From the IMG/VR virus record IMGVR_UViG_3300045988_103922: a stretch of 42,549 nucleotides of DNA; one strand, written 5' to 3'. The first letter of the stretch is position 1; every line of letters starts with the position of its first letter. Shown here piece by piece: positions 1 to 8,095 of this stretch. A program made the position numbers and the translations under genes. This stretch comes from a virus. The notes beneath the pieces are model-generated. The model was not told the DNA's origin. It ran no database searches and worked only from the letters and a program-made list of their open reading frames with translations.

Positions 1-141
1 ACGGAACGGAAATGAAATTTACCATAAAGAAAGCGCCGACGGACAGCCGGGCGCTGGTGATGAAAACCGTGGAGACCGAAAGCAACCGGGCCGTGCTGGC
101 ACTGGAACCGGGCGACACGCAGCAGCTGCAGCCGGGGCAGT
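1..141. repeat. Terminal direct repeat, copy 1. It is identical to 42409..42549 and is the overlap of a circular or circularly permuted genome.
   Basis: Base-by-base comparison shows ACGGAACGGAAATGAAATTTACC...CAGCCGGGGCAGT at both window ends, offset 42408. Confidence 0.95.
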
Positions 142-248
142 ACGTATACGACGTGCGGGTGAAGGCGGCCCTTGCGGAGGGCGTGGCGGGAACATACACC
201 CCGATGATCTACGGGATATTTCAATTACTGGATAACGTGGGGGCGTAA
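12..248 (+). CDS. C-terminal part of a junction-spanning small virion (fibre/baseplate-associated) protein. The ATG at 12 is internal and the likely true start is 42321.
   Basis: The ORF is in frame with 42321..42549 across the terminal repeat. The joined product is 111 aa (MLEVKGQNILLTRGDTAALTLTLEGDY...) and sits at the head of the fibre gene block. Confidence 0.6.
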   Translation: MKFTIKKAPTDSRALVMKTVETESNRAVLALEPGDTQQLQPGQYVYDVRVKAALAEGVAGTYTPMIYGIFQLLDNVGA

Positions 249-250
249 CA

Positions 251-787
251 ATGAGCAGCGAGCTGAAAATGAAGCTGACTACCTTCCGGGGCGAGAGCGC
301 CTACGAAGTAGCAGTGCGGAACGGATTTGAGGGCACGGAAGCGGAGTGGCTGGCCAGTCTGCACGCGTCCGCCGGGAAAGTGAACGGTGTGGGGCCTGAC
401 AAGGACGGGAACATCACCGTCTATGCCGGGAACATCCAGATGGACGAGGAAGACCCGAAGACGGTGAAGCAGACCGTGCAGGAGATGAACATGGCCATTG
501 GGCAGAAAGCTGTGACGGCCTTCTACACCGCCACGCTGACCGCCGCCGGGTGGACGGGCAGCTCAGCGCCCTACGTGCAGGAGGCGGCCGTGGAAGGGAT
601 GCTGGGCAGCGACTCGCCCATCGTGGCGGTGAGCATGGAAAACGCCACCACGGCCAACTATGAAGCCATCACGGAAAGCTGGACGAACGTGAGTACCATC
701 GACGCGGGGAACGGGAAGATCACGGCAAAGTGCTTCGGGGAAAAACCGGCGGCGGATCTGACACTGTTGATTAAGGTGGTGCGGTAA
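251..787 (+). CDS. Tail fibre-like protein
   Basis: The N-terminal motif GESAYEVAVRNGFEGTEAEWLASL is typical of Firmicute phage fibre N-termini. The ATG lies 3 nt after the upstream stop. Confidence 0.6.
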   Translation: MSSELKMKLTTFRGESAYEVAVRNGFEGTEAEWLASLHASAGKVNGVGPDKDGNITVYAGNIQMDEEDPKTVKQTVQEMNMAIGQKAVTAFYTATLTAAGWTGSSAPYVQEAAVEGMLGSDSPIVAVSMENATTANYEAITESWTNVSTIDAGNGKITAKCFGEKPAADLTLLIKVVR

Positions 788-788
788 C

Positions 789-1838
789 GTGGGCGAGTGT
801 TTATTGCTGAAAAGCGGAGGACAGACGAAGAAACTGCCGGTGCTGAACGCCAGTTACCCGGCAGATTTGACCATCTGGGCGGGAGAAACGGCCACGTTCA
901 AGGTGGAGATCGCCACGGACGGTGTTCCTGCGGAATACACCTACAAGTGGTACAAAAACGGGAACCTCATCACCAACGCGACGGCGGCAACGCTGAACCT
1001 GACGGGCCTTACCACGGCCACCACCGCGACCATCTACTGCGTTATAACGAACAAGGCCGGGGAAGTGACCAGCCGGGTGGCAACGCTGACGGTAAAGAAC
1101 CCCAACATGACCTATACCTACAGCGGCGACAGTGAGAAGATCGACGACGGGAGCGGCAACTGGCGCATCAAATTCAAGAGCAGCGGCACGTTGAAGTTTA
1201 CCAATCTGGGCAAGTGGGACGGCAAGCTGGACGTGTTCTGCGTGGGCGGGGGCTGCGCAGGCAGCAGCGGCAGCTGGAACGACGCGTCCTACAACTACGG
1301 CAAGGCGGGCAGCGGCGGCTACACCAAAACACAGAAGAGTGTTCAGGCGGCGGTGAACACGGCCTACAGTATCGTGATCGGCGCGGGCGGGCAAAGTCAC
1401 TTTGCGTCGGGCGGAAGCACCAGCGCCTTTGGCGTGACGGCGGGCGGCGGTACGAATCTGGGCGGCGGCAGCGGCGGCGGAGCCTACGGCAATACTCAGG
1501 TGAACAACGGCGGCTCCGACGGTGGAAATGGTGATCCGCAGGACGCCGCCAACATCGGCATTGACCATTGGGGTTCCCCCGGCAAGGGGCAGGGAACCAC
1601 GACCCGCGAGTTCGGTGAATCCACCGGCACGCTGTACGCAGGTGGCGGCGGTGCAGGCGGTAACGGTTCCGCACAAGCCCATGGCGGCGCTGGCGGTGGT
1701 GGAAACGGCGCGTGGAACGGACACCAGCCCACCAGCGGCGCGGCCAACACCGGCGGCGGTGGGGGCGGCATGTACTACGGCCTGACGAACGTCGGCAAGG
1801 GCGGCAGCGGTATTGCTGTTATCAGAAATCATCGGTAA
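789..1838 (+). CDS. Receptor-binding/tail fibre protein with an Ig-like domain and a glycine-rich C-terminal domain
   Basis: GTG start. The Ig-like segment reads YKWYKNG...IYCVITNKAGEVTSRVATLTVK. It is followed by FCVGGGCAGSSG...IVIGAGG...GGGGAGGNG glycine-rich repeats. Confidence 0.65.
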   Translation: MGECLLLKSGGQTKKLPVLNASYPADLTIWAGETATFKVEIATDGVPAEYTYKWYKNGNLITNATAATLNLTGLTTATTATIYCVITNKAGEVTSRVATLTVKNPNMTYTYSGDSEKIDDGSGNWRIKFKSSGTLKFTNLGKWDGKLDVFCVGGGCAGSSGSWNDASYNYGKAGSGGYTKTQKSVQAAVNTAYSIVIGAGGQSHFASGGSTSAFGVTAGGGTNLGGGSGGGAYGNTQVNNGGSDGGNGDPQDAANIGIDHWGSPGKGQGTTTREFGESTGTLYAGGGGAGGNGSAQAHGGAGGGGNGAWNGHQPTSGAANTGGGGGGMYYGLTNVGKGGSGIAVIRNHR

Positions 1839-1850
1839 GGAGGGAGAAGC

Positions 1851-2117
1851 ATGAACGAGACGTTTTATGCGCTGGTGGAAAACGGCGTGGTAACGAACGT
1901 GATGGTGCTCTACCCACCCAACGCGGCGGAATTTGAGGGGGCTGTGCCCTGCGGAGACTTGCCCGTGGCCATCGGGGATACCTACGACGGCGAACACTTC
2001 TACCGGGCCGGGGAGCGCGTCCTGACGGCTTTGGAACAGGCCCAGAAGGACGCGGAGGACATGGTGGCAGCGCTTGAGCTGCTGGGAGTCAAAAGCGAAA
2101 CGGAGGCGGCAGAATAA
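1851..2117 (+). CDS. Small acidic protein following the fibre gene; possible fibre assembly factor
   Basis: RBS GGAGGGAG precedes the start. The C-terminal motif DMVAALELLGV is shared with ORF 3892..4083. Confidence 0.55.
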   Translation: MNETFYALVENGVVTNVMVLYPPNAAEFEGAVPCGDLPVAIGDTYDGEHFYRAGERVLTALEQAQKDAEDMVAALELLGVKSETEAAE

Positions 2118-2368
2118 TGCAGGAACGTGCAAAACAGATCGTGGTGGACTACTTTAACTCTCACATGGACAAAACGGACGGAAAGCAAATCGGCCTTGAA
2201 GATGTGTATGTAGTGTGGTTTTGCAAAACGTTACAAAATTGGAAAGCTCTGTTGAGTACCAACGTCCGCGACGGGGTGTATTACGAAATCACCCACAACG
2301 GAGACAAAAACGAGACCTACGTGGACGTATACAAGAAGTGGGAGAACTACGCCGTAAGGGAGGACTGA
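2117..2368 (+). CDS. Conserved small phage protein of unknown function
   Basis: TAATG overlap with the upstream gene. The sequence VYVVWFCKTLQNWKALLST...YYEITHNGDKNETYVDVYKKWEN resembles a recurrent Firmicute phage family. Confidence 0.6.
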   Translation: MQERAKQIVVDYFNSHMDKTDGKQIGLEDVYVVWFCKTLQNWKALLSTNVRDGVYYEITHNGDKNETYVDVYKKWENYAVRED

Positions 2369-2370
2369 CC

Positions 2371-2787
2371 ATGGGGAAATACTACGACGCGGCGCTGGTG
2401 CTGCGTGGGATCATGGACAAGGCCGGGGCCATGCTGACGGACGAGCAGGCCTTGCAGGTGACAGCCCTGTATCCCCTGTGGGACGCTACGAAGACCTACG
2501 CCGTGGGCGACCGCGTGCGGTACGCTGGCAATCTGTACCGCTGCCTGACGGCCCACACAGCACAGGCGGCATGGACACCTACTGACGCGCCCAGCCTATG
2601 GGCCAAGGTACTGACCGACCCCAGCGGGGAGATTCTGCCGTGGGTTCAGCCGGACAGCACCAACCCCTACGCCAAGGGCGACAAGGTGACGCACAACGGT
2701 AAAACGTGGGAAAGCCTTGTGGACAATAACGTCTGGGAGCCGGGCGTGACAGGAACGGAAAGCCTGTGGAAGGAAGTGTCGGCATGA
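2371..2787 (+). CDS. Carbohydrate-binding protein with two CBM5/12-like repeats
   Basis: I chose the internal ATG, which has RBS AAGGGAGG. Repeat 1 is YAVGDRVRYAGNLYRCLTAHTAQAAWTP...SLW and repeat 2 is YAKGDKVTHNGKTWESLVDNNVWEPG...SLW. Confidence 0.75.
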   Translation: MGKYYDAALVLRGIMDKAGAMLTDEQALQVTALYPLWDATKTYAVGDRVRYAGNLYRCLTAHTAQAAWTPTDAPSLWAKVLTDPSGEILPWVQPDSTNPYAKGDKVTHNGKTWESLVDNNVWEPGVTGTESLWKEVSA

Positions 2788-2873
2788 TCGGCTTTGTGGT
2801 CGGCTTTTTGGTCGGCGGGATCGTCGGCTTTGTGGTGGCCGCGCTGCTGGCGGCGGGAAGGAGCGAGCTATGA
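2784..2873 (+). CDS. Possible 29-aa single-pass membrane micro-protein
   Basis: It is not in the ORF track because it is under 60 aa. Sequence MIGFVVGFLVGGIVGFVVAALLAAGRSEL. It overlaps the upstream stop, and its stop forms ATGA with the next start. Confidence 0.3.
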   Translation: MIGFVVGFLVGGIVGFVVAALLAAGRSEL

Positions 2874-3895
2874 GGCGTTTGACAACGGCACTGACGGCGG
2901 ACGAGTTTGGCCGGGCCGCGCTGAATCTGGGCCGAGCGGATGAAAACGCCGCCGTGCGGGTGGAGATCGACCTGAGCGCCATCCTGACGCAGGAACCCAG
3001 CGCCAGTGCCCATCTGACGGTGGAAAGCCCGGTTGGGGCGAAGTACCCGGCCAGCACCGTCATGGACGGAGGGAAGCTGATCTGGGACGTATCGGACGCG
3101 GACACCGCCGCCGAGGGGACGGGCCGCGCCCAGCTGACCGTGACCGGGCCGGGCGGCGAAGTGCTAAAAAGCGCCGTGGCCGTGACGCGGGTCGGCCATT
3201 CCATCCGGGGTGAGGGCGAAGCCCCGGAACCCCTGAAAAGCTGGGTGGATGACGCAGTGGCTAAGCTGGCGGCGGTGGAGAGCGCCATTGCCGACGCTCA
3301 AAAGGTGGCGGACAATATCCGCCAACAGCTGGAATCCGGGGCGTTTGTCGGCCCCAAGGGGGACAAGGGCGACAACGGCAAAGATGCGGAAGTGACCGCT
3401 GAAAGCATCAGAACCGCGCTGGGGTATACGCCGATAGCGCCGCACGAATTTGAGCTGATCGAGGAGATCACACTCAGCGAGGATGTGCGAAACATCAGCC
3501 GAAGCACATTCCCGGATGGAACGCCCTATAACCTGCGGTCGGTCATCGTCGTTATCGACACAGCCAGTCTGGAAAACAGACAGACCGCGTGGGGTTGGCT
3601 GCGGCTGAACGCGCAGAAGCCGTTCGATCAATGGCTCTATGTTTCGCAGGGGACGATCTCGGACAGCTCAACGGGCTATGCGGTATTCGCTTTCCGCGAG
3701 CGGGTAGACAAATCCTTTGAATCCATCTATTACGGGACAGTAAACAGCACAAACACCGCTTTTACGGAGCACGTGCGATTGATTCCCAGCAATACTGTGC
3801 GCTTCGGCTCGCGGGTCACGGATATCTACCTTTACACGACGGATGGGGTCATTCCGGCGGGCGCGAAAATATCCATTTATGGGGTGAGGGCATGA
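2870..3895 (+). CDS. Tail fibre/receptor-binding protein with a short collagen-like stretch
   Basis: A coiled-coil segment is followed by GPKGDKGDNGKD and then a C-terminal globular domain. It lies in the fibre block. Confidence 0.65.
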   Translation: MRRLTTALTADEFGRAALNLGRADENAAVRVEIDLSAILTQEPSASAHLTVESPVGAKYPASTVMDGGKLIWDVSDADTAAEGTGRAQLTVTGPGGEVLKSAVAVTRVGHSIRGEGEAPEPLKSWVDDAVAKLAAVESAIADAQKVADNIRQQLESGAFVGPKGDKGDNGKDAEVTAESIRTALGYTPIAPHEFELIEEITLSEDVRNISRSTFPDGTPYNLRSVIVVIDTASLENRQTAWGWLRLNAQKPFDQWLYVSQGTISDSSTGYAVFAFRERVDKSFESIYYGTVNSTNTAFTEHVRLIPSNTVRFGSRVTDIYLYTTDGVIPAGAKISIYGVRA

Positions 3896-4083
3896 AGAAA
3901 AACATCTTGGTCAGGGTCGGCGACCGGCTGGAAGCCCAGAACGTGGAAATGACGGTGGAGGAGATCGCCACGCTGGAAAAGGAGTGTGCGGTAATGCCCA
4001 CGCCGCCGAAGAACGACCGGGAAACCGTCGCCGACATGACGGCGGCGCTGGCGCTGCTGGGAATCAGCGGAGAGGAGGAATGA
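3892..4083 (+). CDS. Small acidic protein following the second fibre gene
   Basis: ATGA overlap at both ends. The C-terminal motif DMTAALALLGI parallels ORF 1851..2117. Confidence 0.55.
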   Translation: MKKNILVRVGDRLEAQNVEMTVEEIATLEKECAVMPTPPKNDRETVADMTAALALLGISGEEE

Positions 4084-4799
4084 CCATGACCGGCGAGAGA
4101 GCCGCTGCCTTTGCCCGGTCGAAGATCGGACAGGGGTATATCTACGGGGCCAAGGGCCAGACGTGTTCAGCGGCCTTCCGGCGCCAACAGGCCCAGCAGT
4201 ACTCCGATCAGGCGCAGAACATCCTCGTCACCGGGGCCAAGTGGGACGGGCGGCCCGTGTGGGACTGCGCCCAGCTGACGCGATACGCCGCCAAGGCGGC
4301 GGGGGTGGAGCTGCCCAGCGGGGCCACCAGCCAGTGGCGGAAAGGCCCGTGGAAGCGGAAAGGAACCATCGACACCCTGCCGGAGGGCGAGGTGGTCTAC
4401 CTCTACCGGCAGAAAGGCTCCATCATGCAGCATACCGGCCTCGCGCTGGGGGACGGCACCTGCGTCCATGCCCGGGGCACGGCCTACGGCGTGGTGCATC
4501 AGCCGGTCAGGGACTACCCGTGGACGCACTGGGCCAGCCCGTGGGAGGCGGAGAGCGCTCCCCTGCCGGTGGAACCAATCGAACCCATGACGGAGGCCAC
4601 CGTGTACGCGGAAAACGGTCTGCCGGTGAAGTTGAGGAACAAGCCCAGTCAGGGCGAGAACCTGTACTGGAATGTGGCGGACGGGGAAACCGTGACCATT
4701 GAGGAGCCGGGGAACGAGTGGTCGCTGGTCAGGGCCCGATGCACTGACGGCGTCCGGCGGCGGGGCTGGATGATGTCGGGATTTCTGGCCATGGGATAA
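4080..4799 (+). CDS. Endolysin: NlpC/P60 (C40) peptidase with a C-terminal SH3b-like domain
   Basis: The Cys motif is WDCAQLTRYAAKAAG and the His motif is MQHTGLALGDGTCVHA. The C-terminal segment ATVYAENGLPVKLRNKPS...WSLV...GWMMSGFL is SH3-like. Confidence 0.85.
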   Translation: MTMTGERAAAFARSKIGQGYIYGAKGQTCSAAFRRQQAQQYSDQAQNILVTGAKWDGRPVWDCAQLTRYAAKAAGVELPSGATSQWRKGPWKRKGTIDTLPEGEVVYLYRQKGSIMQHTGLALGDGTCVHARGTAYGVVHQPVRDYPWTHWASPWEAESAPLPVEPIEPMTEATVYAENGLPVKLRNKPSQGENLYWNVADGETVTIEEPGNEWSLVRARCTDGVRRRGWMMSGFLAMG

Positions 4800-4821
4800 T
4801 CACAACAACAGATCGGAGCTG

Positions 4822-5124
4822 ATGAAAATGGATTGGGTACAAATGATTGTAACGGTCGTATGCTCGGTGGTGGCTTCCTCCGGCTTCTGGGCGTTTATGC
4901 AAAACAGGGCGAGCAAAAAGGACGCAAACACGAAGCTGCTGATCGGGCTGGCCCATGACCGTATCTGCTACCTGGGTGTGAAGTACATCGAGCGCGGCTA
5001 CATCACGCAAGATGAGTTTGAAAACCTCAACGACTATCTGTACGTACCTTACCGTGAGCGCGGAGGCAACGGAAGCGCCCAGCGCGTCATGGAAACGGTG
5101 AAAAAACTGCCCTTCCGGGCGTAA
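4822..5124 (+). CDS. Lysis-cassette protein with an N-terminal transmembrane helix
   Basis: The hydrophobic N-terminus is MIVTVVCSVVASSGFWAFM. It lies between the endolysin and the holin-like gene. Confidence 0.5.
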   Translation: MKMDWVQMIVTVVCSVVASSGFWAFMQNRASKKDANTKLLIGLAHDRICYLGVKYIERGYITQDEFENLNDYLYVPYRERGGNGSAQRVMETVKKLPFRA

Positions 5125-5137
5125 AGGAGTGGGAAAC

Positions 5138-5404
5138 ATGACTTGGGAAGACATCAAGCGGAAACTGACCTCGCGGAAATTCTGGGCTGCTATCGTGGAA
5201 TTTGTGTCCATGCTGCTGCTGGCCAACGGCATGACGGAAAATCAGGTGGGCCAGATCACGGCCATCATCATGGCGGGCGCCGGCGTGCTGGCGTACATCA
5301 TCGCCGAAGGGCTGACGGACAAGGAGAGCGTGGCAAAAATCGAACCTAAGAAACCGCCTGAGAAAGCCTCCGCTACCGATCCTGCCGAGGTAGCGGAGGG
5401 CTAA
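5138..5404 (+). CDS. Putative holin with two transmembrane helices
   Basis: ATG with RBS AAAGGAG. The hydrophobic segments are SRKFWAAIVEFVSMLLLANG and ITAIIMAGAGVLAYIIAEG, followed by a charged C-terminus. Confidence 0.55.
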   Translation: MTWEDIKRKLTSRKFWAAIVEFVSMLLLANGMTENQVGQITAIIMAGAGVLAYIIAEGLTDKESVAKIEPKKPPEKASATDPAEVAEG

Positions 5405-5407
5405 CCC

Positions 5408-5602
5408 ATGGAGCACAGGCGGCAGGAATACGAGTGCGTGATAGATGAATGGGTCCTGAACGAAAGAGACAGGATCGCGCTAAAACGTAAGTACCTCGAC
5501 GGCATCCCCTACGAAGCCATTGCCGAGGAACTCGATATTAGCCGGAAAACTGTGCAAAACATCGTCAGACGATGGCGAAATACCATCGAACGGCATTTAT
5601 AG
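5408..5602 (+). CDS. Small sigma-70 region-4-like / RinA-like HTH regulator
   Basis: LKRKYLDGIPYEAIAEELDISRKTVQNIVRRW resembles a region 4.2 HTH. RBS GGAGGG precedes the start. Confidence 0.6.
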   Translation: MEHRRQEYECVIDEWVLNERDRIALKRKYLDGIPYEAIAEELDISRKTVQNIVRRWRNTIERHL

Positions 5603-5604
5603 AA

Positions 5605-5631
5605 GAGCTGCCTGCGGGCGGCTCTTTTTTT
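5605..5631 (+). terminator. Rho-independent terminator ending the late/lysis operon
   Basis: An 8-bp stem GAGCTGCC/GGCGGCTC with a TGCG loop is followed by T7. Confidence 0.75.
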
Positions 5632-5728
5632 GCGCCTTTTTTGCCGGGAATATGCCGGAAAGATGCGCCGGGCTTTCCTCGAAAAACGGGGCCGTTGCTG
5701 GCATGATGAGGGCAGGAGGGAGCGGAGC

Positions 5729-6106
5729 ATGTACCGGGAGTATAACCGAAACCCGCGGGGAAAACGAGTGGGCGACTGCGTGATACGAGCCGTCAGCCGG
5801 GCCACGGGAAAGACGTGGGAGGAGACCTACGCGGGGATCTGCGCAGCCGGGTATGAGCTTTGCGATATGCCCAGCGCCAATCAGGTGTGGGGGGCGTACC
5901 TCAGAAGGCAGGGATTCCGGCGGCACATGCTGCCGGACACCTGCCCGGACTGCTACACGGTGGAGACGTTCTGCCGGGATCATCCGTCCGGGGTGTACGT
6001 GCTGGCCATCAGCGGCCACGTGGTATGCGCGGTGGATGGAGACTGGTGGGACAGCTGGGACAGCGGACAGGAAACGCCGGTGTACTACTGGCAGAAGGAG
6101 GACTGA
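5729..6106 (+). CDS. Cargo protein; possible papain-fold cysteine peptidase-like protein
   Basis: Internal ATG with RBS GGAGGGAG. It has GDCVIRAVS (candidate Cys) and AISGHVVCAVDGDWWDSWDSG (candidate His/Asp). Confidence 0.5.
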   Translation: MYREYNRNPRGKRVGDCVIRAVSRATGKTWEETYAGICAAGYELCDMPSANQVWGAYLRRQGFRRHMLPDTCPDCYTVETFCRDHPSGVYVLAISGHVVCAVDGDWWDSWDSGQETPVYYWQKED

Positions 6107-6109
6107 GCC

Positions 6110-6547
6110 ATGTTTGGATATGGGTATCAGCAGCCGGGCTTTGGGGGCGGATATTACGGAGCCGCGCCGGATCAGCTGGCGCAGATGCGGATGGGACAGA
6201 ATCAGCCCATGCAGATGCAGCAGCAGGGGCAGCAGAACGGCGGCGGGCTGGTATGGGTGCAGGGCGAAGCCGGGGCCAAAAGTTACATGGTTGCCAACGG
6301 TTCCAGCGTCCTGCTGATGGACAGCGAGCGCCAGTGCTTTTATTTGAAAAGCTGCGACGCGGCGGGAATGCCATCCATGCGGGTCTTTGACTATCAGGAG
6401 CGCAAGGCCGCGCCCATCCCGGAAGAGGCGGCGGCGGAATACGTCACCCGGAAGGACTTTGAAGCCCTGCAGAACCGGGTGGAAGAACTGGTGAAGCGCC
6501 CAGCGCGGGCGAAGAAGGAGGCGGCGACAGATGAACCCACTGTTTGA
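6110..6547 (+). CDS. Q/G/Y-rich protein of unknown function
   Basis: RBS AAGGAGG. The N-terminus MFGYGYQQPGFGGGYYG...QMQQQGQQNGGG is low complexity, followed by a globular segment. Confidence 0.55.
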   Translation: MFGYGYQQPGFGGGYYGAAPDQLAQMRMGQNQPMQMQQQGQQNGGGLVWVQGEAGAKSYMVANGSSVLLMDSERQCFYLKSCDAAGMPSMRVFDYQERKAAPIPEEAAAEYVTRKDFEALQNRVEELVKRPARAKKEAATDEPTV

Positions 6548-6761
6548 AGAACTGGGCGGAACTGTGGGAATGCCGCTTCCCGGCCCCATGGGCGCGTTCC
6601 AGAGCATGATCCAGAAATTCAAGGAATTTCAGGCAAAATTCACAGGCGACCCAAAAGCGGAAGTGGAAAAGCTGCTGCGTACCGGGAAAATGAGCCAGCA
6701 GCAATATGACCAGCTGCAGCAGGCGGCGCAGATGTTCCAGAACCTGCTGGGCGGACAATAA
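6531..6761 (+). CDS. Small hypothetical protein
   Basis: RBS GAAGGAGG. It overlaps the upstream gene by 17 nt. Confidence 0.5.
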   Translation: MNPLFEELGGTVGMPLPGPMGAFQSMIQKFKEFQAKFTGDPKAEVEKLLRTGKMSQQQYDQLQQAAQMFQNLLGGQ

Positions 6762-6812
6762 GGCGGTAATCGTGGCCACGATGAAGCATATAAAAGAAGG
6801 GAGAAAAGAAAC

Positions 6813-7544
6813 ATGATGGAAAACGGCATGTCCCCTGCCGACCTTGCGGCGGTCACGGGGAGGAATAACAACGGCGACGGCATGTTCGGCGGAAACGGCG
6901 CATGGTGGATCATCATCCTGTTCCTGTTTGTGTTCTGCGGCTGGGGCGGCGGCTGGGGCGGAAACGCTCGCGGCGGTCAGGGTACGGCCATGGACGGATA
7001 CGTGCTGACCAGCGATTTTGCGAACATCGAGCGCAAGATCGACAGCGTGAACAACGGGCTGTGCAACGGCTTTTATCAGCAGGCGCAGCTGACCAACGGC
7101 GTGCAGATGCAGATGGCCAACGGATTTGGGCAGGCGGAGCTTTCCCGCTCCAACCAGCAGGCGGCGCTGATGCAGCAGCTGAACAACATGGCCATGCAGG
7201 CGGCGGAATGCTGCTGCAAGACCCAGACGGCCATCCAGGGCGTGAACTACAACATGGCCAATCAGGCCTGCGAGATCCGCAACACGATGCAGAACGGAAC
7301 CAGGGATATCATTGAGAACCAGAACTGCAACGCCCGCGCCATCCTTGACGCTTTGACCGCGCAGCGGATCGAGGCCAAGGATGAGAAGATCGCGGCCCAG
7401 AATCAGCAGCTCTTTGCGGCGCAGCTGGCGGCCAGCCAGGCGGCGCAGAACCAGTATCTGGTGCAGACCCTGCGGCCCGGCCCCATCCCGGCCTACACGG
7501 TGCCCAATCCGTACTGCTGCGGCCCGCAGCTTTGCAACGGCTGA
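6813..7544 (+). CDS. Membrane-anchored Q/N-rich, Cys-rich protein
   Basis: The Gly-flanked transmembrane segment is FGGNGAWWIIILFLFVFCGWGGGWGG. It also has Cys clusters ECCCKTQ, CEIRN, NCNAR and a PYCCGPQLCNG C-terminus. Confidence 0.6.
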   Translation: MMENGMSPADLAAVTGRNNNGDGMFGGNGAWWIIILFLFVFCGWGGGWGGNARGGQGTAMDGYVLTSDFANIERKIDSVNNGLCNGFYQQAQLTNGVQMQMANGFGQAELSRSNQQAALMQQLNNMAMQAAECCCKTQTAIQGVNYNMANQACEIRNTMQNGTRDIIENQNCNARAILDALTAQRIEAKDEKIAAQNQQLFAAQLAASQAAQNQYLVQTLRPGPIPAYTVPNPYCCGPQLCNG

Positions 7545-7607
7545 CAAGTGCATGACACAGCTTCCCGCCCTGACGGGATGACCGGCAAAGGCCGGTGCTG
7601 ACGATCT

Positions 7608-7640
7608 GCGGCGGGGGAAATATCCCTCGCCGCTTTTGTT
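7608..7640 (+). terminator. Rho-independent terminator or attenuator
   Basis: A 10-bp stem GCGGCGGGGG/CCCTCGCCGC (one G-T pair) with an AAATAT loop is followed by TTTTGTT. It sits immediately upstream of the next RBS. Confidence 0.75.
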
Positions 7641-7655
7641 GAAAGGAGAATGAAT

Positions 7656-8078
7656 ATGGCAGAATTTACCAATGCGGCCCTCCAAACGGTGGCCAGCGAT
7701 CAGAACGTGATCCTGACGGAAACGACGGTGTGCCCGTCCCGGTGCATCGTACACCGGGAAGGCAGCGGCATTGTGACCCTTCGGGGACTGACGAACCAGT
7801 GCAAGGCGCGATTCCGCGTGACCTTCGGCGGCAACATTGCCCTTCCGGATGGCGGTACGGCTGGGCCGATCTCCGTCGCGATTGCCATTGCCGGGGAACC
7901 GCTCCCGGCCAGCAAGGCCATTGTGACCCCTGCGGCAGTCGAGCAGTTTTTCAACGTCTGCGTGGATACGTTTATCGACGTACCGGCAGGCTGCTGCGTG
8001 ACGGTGGCCGTGGAGAACACCAGCGGCGTGAGCATTGAGGTGCAGAACGCAAACCTCATCGTCACCCGCGAAGCGTAA
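7656..8078 (+). CDS. Possible C1q/TNF-like jelly-roll protein (BclA C-terminal-domain-like)
   Basis: I prefer the second ATG because its RBS spacing is 7 nt. The beta-rich pattern QTVASDQNVILTETTV...FRVTFGGNIAL...VTVAVENTSGVSIEVQNANLIVT recalls exosporium BclA-CTD. This is recall only. Confidence 0.45.
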   Translation: MAEFTNAALQTVASDQNVILTETTVCPSRCIVHREGSGIVTLRGLTNQCKARFRVTFGGNIALPDGGTAGPISVAIAIAGEPLPASKAIVTPAAVEQFFNVCVDTFIDVPAGCCVTVAVENTSGVSIEVQNANLIVTREA

Positions 8079-8095
8079 GGAAAGGAGAAGCGAAC

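Noticed and set aside
801-2132. Long antisense and alternate-frame ORFs throughout the GC-rich regions, including 801..2132, 6444..8105, 17080..18528, 18513..20027, 25886..27163, 27304..29010, 28586..29923, 33019..35208 and 38770..41949, plus many others in the track
   Set aside because: They overlap better-supported genes on the other strand or frame. They are R/P/A/G-rich with no RBS. They are the expected by-product of high GC content.
3355-3390. A collagen-like repeat as evidence for a BclA-type collagen protein
   Set aside because: There are only about four G-x-y triplets (GPKGDKGDNGKD). It is a short trimerisation-type linker common in phage fibres, not a collagen domain.
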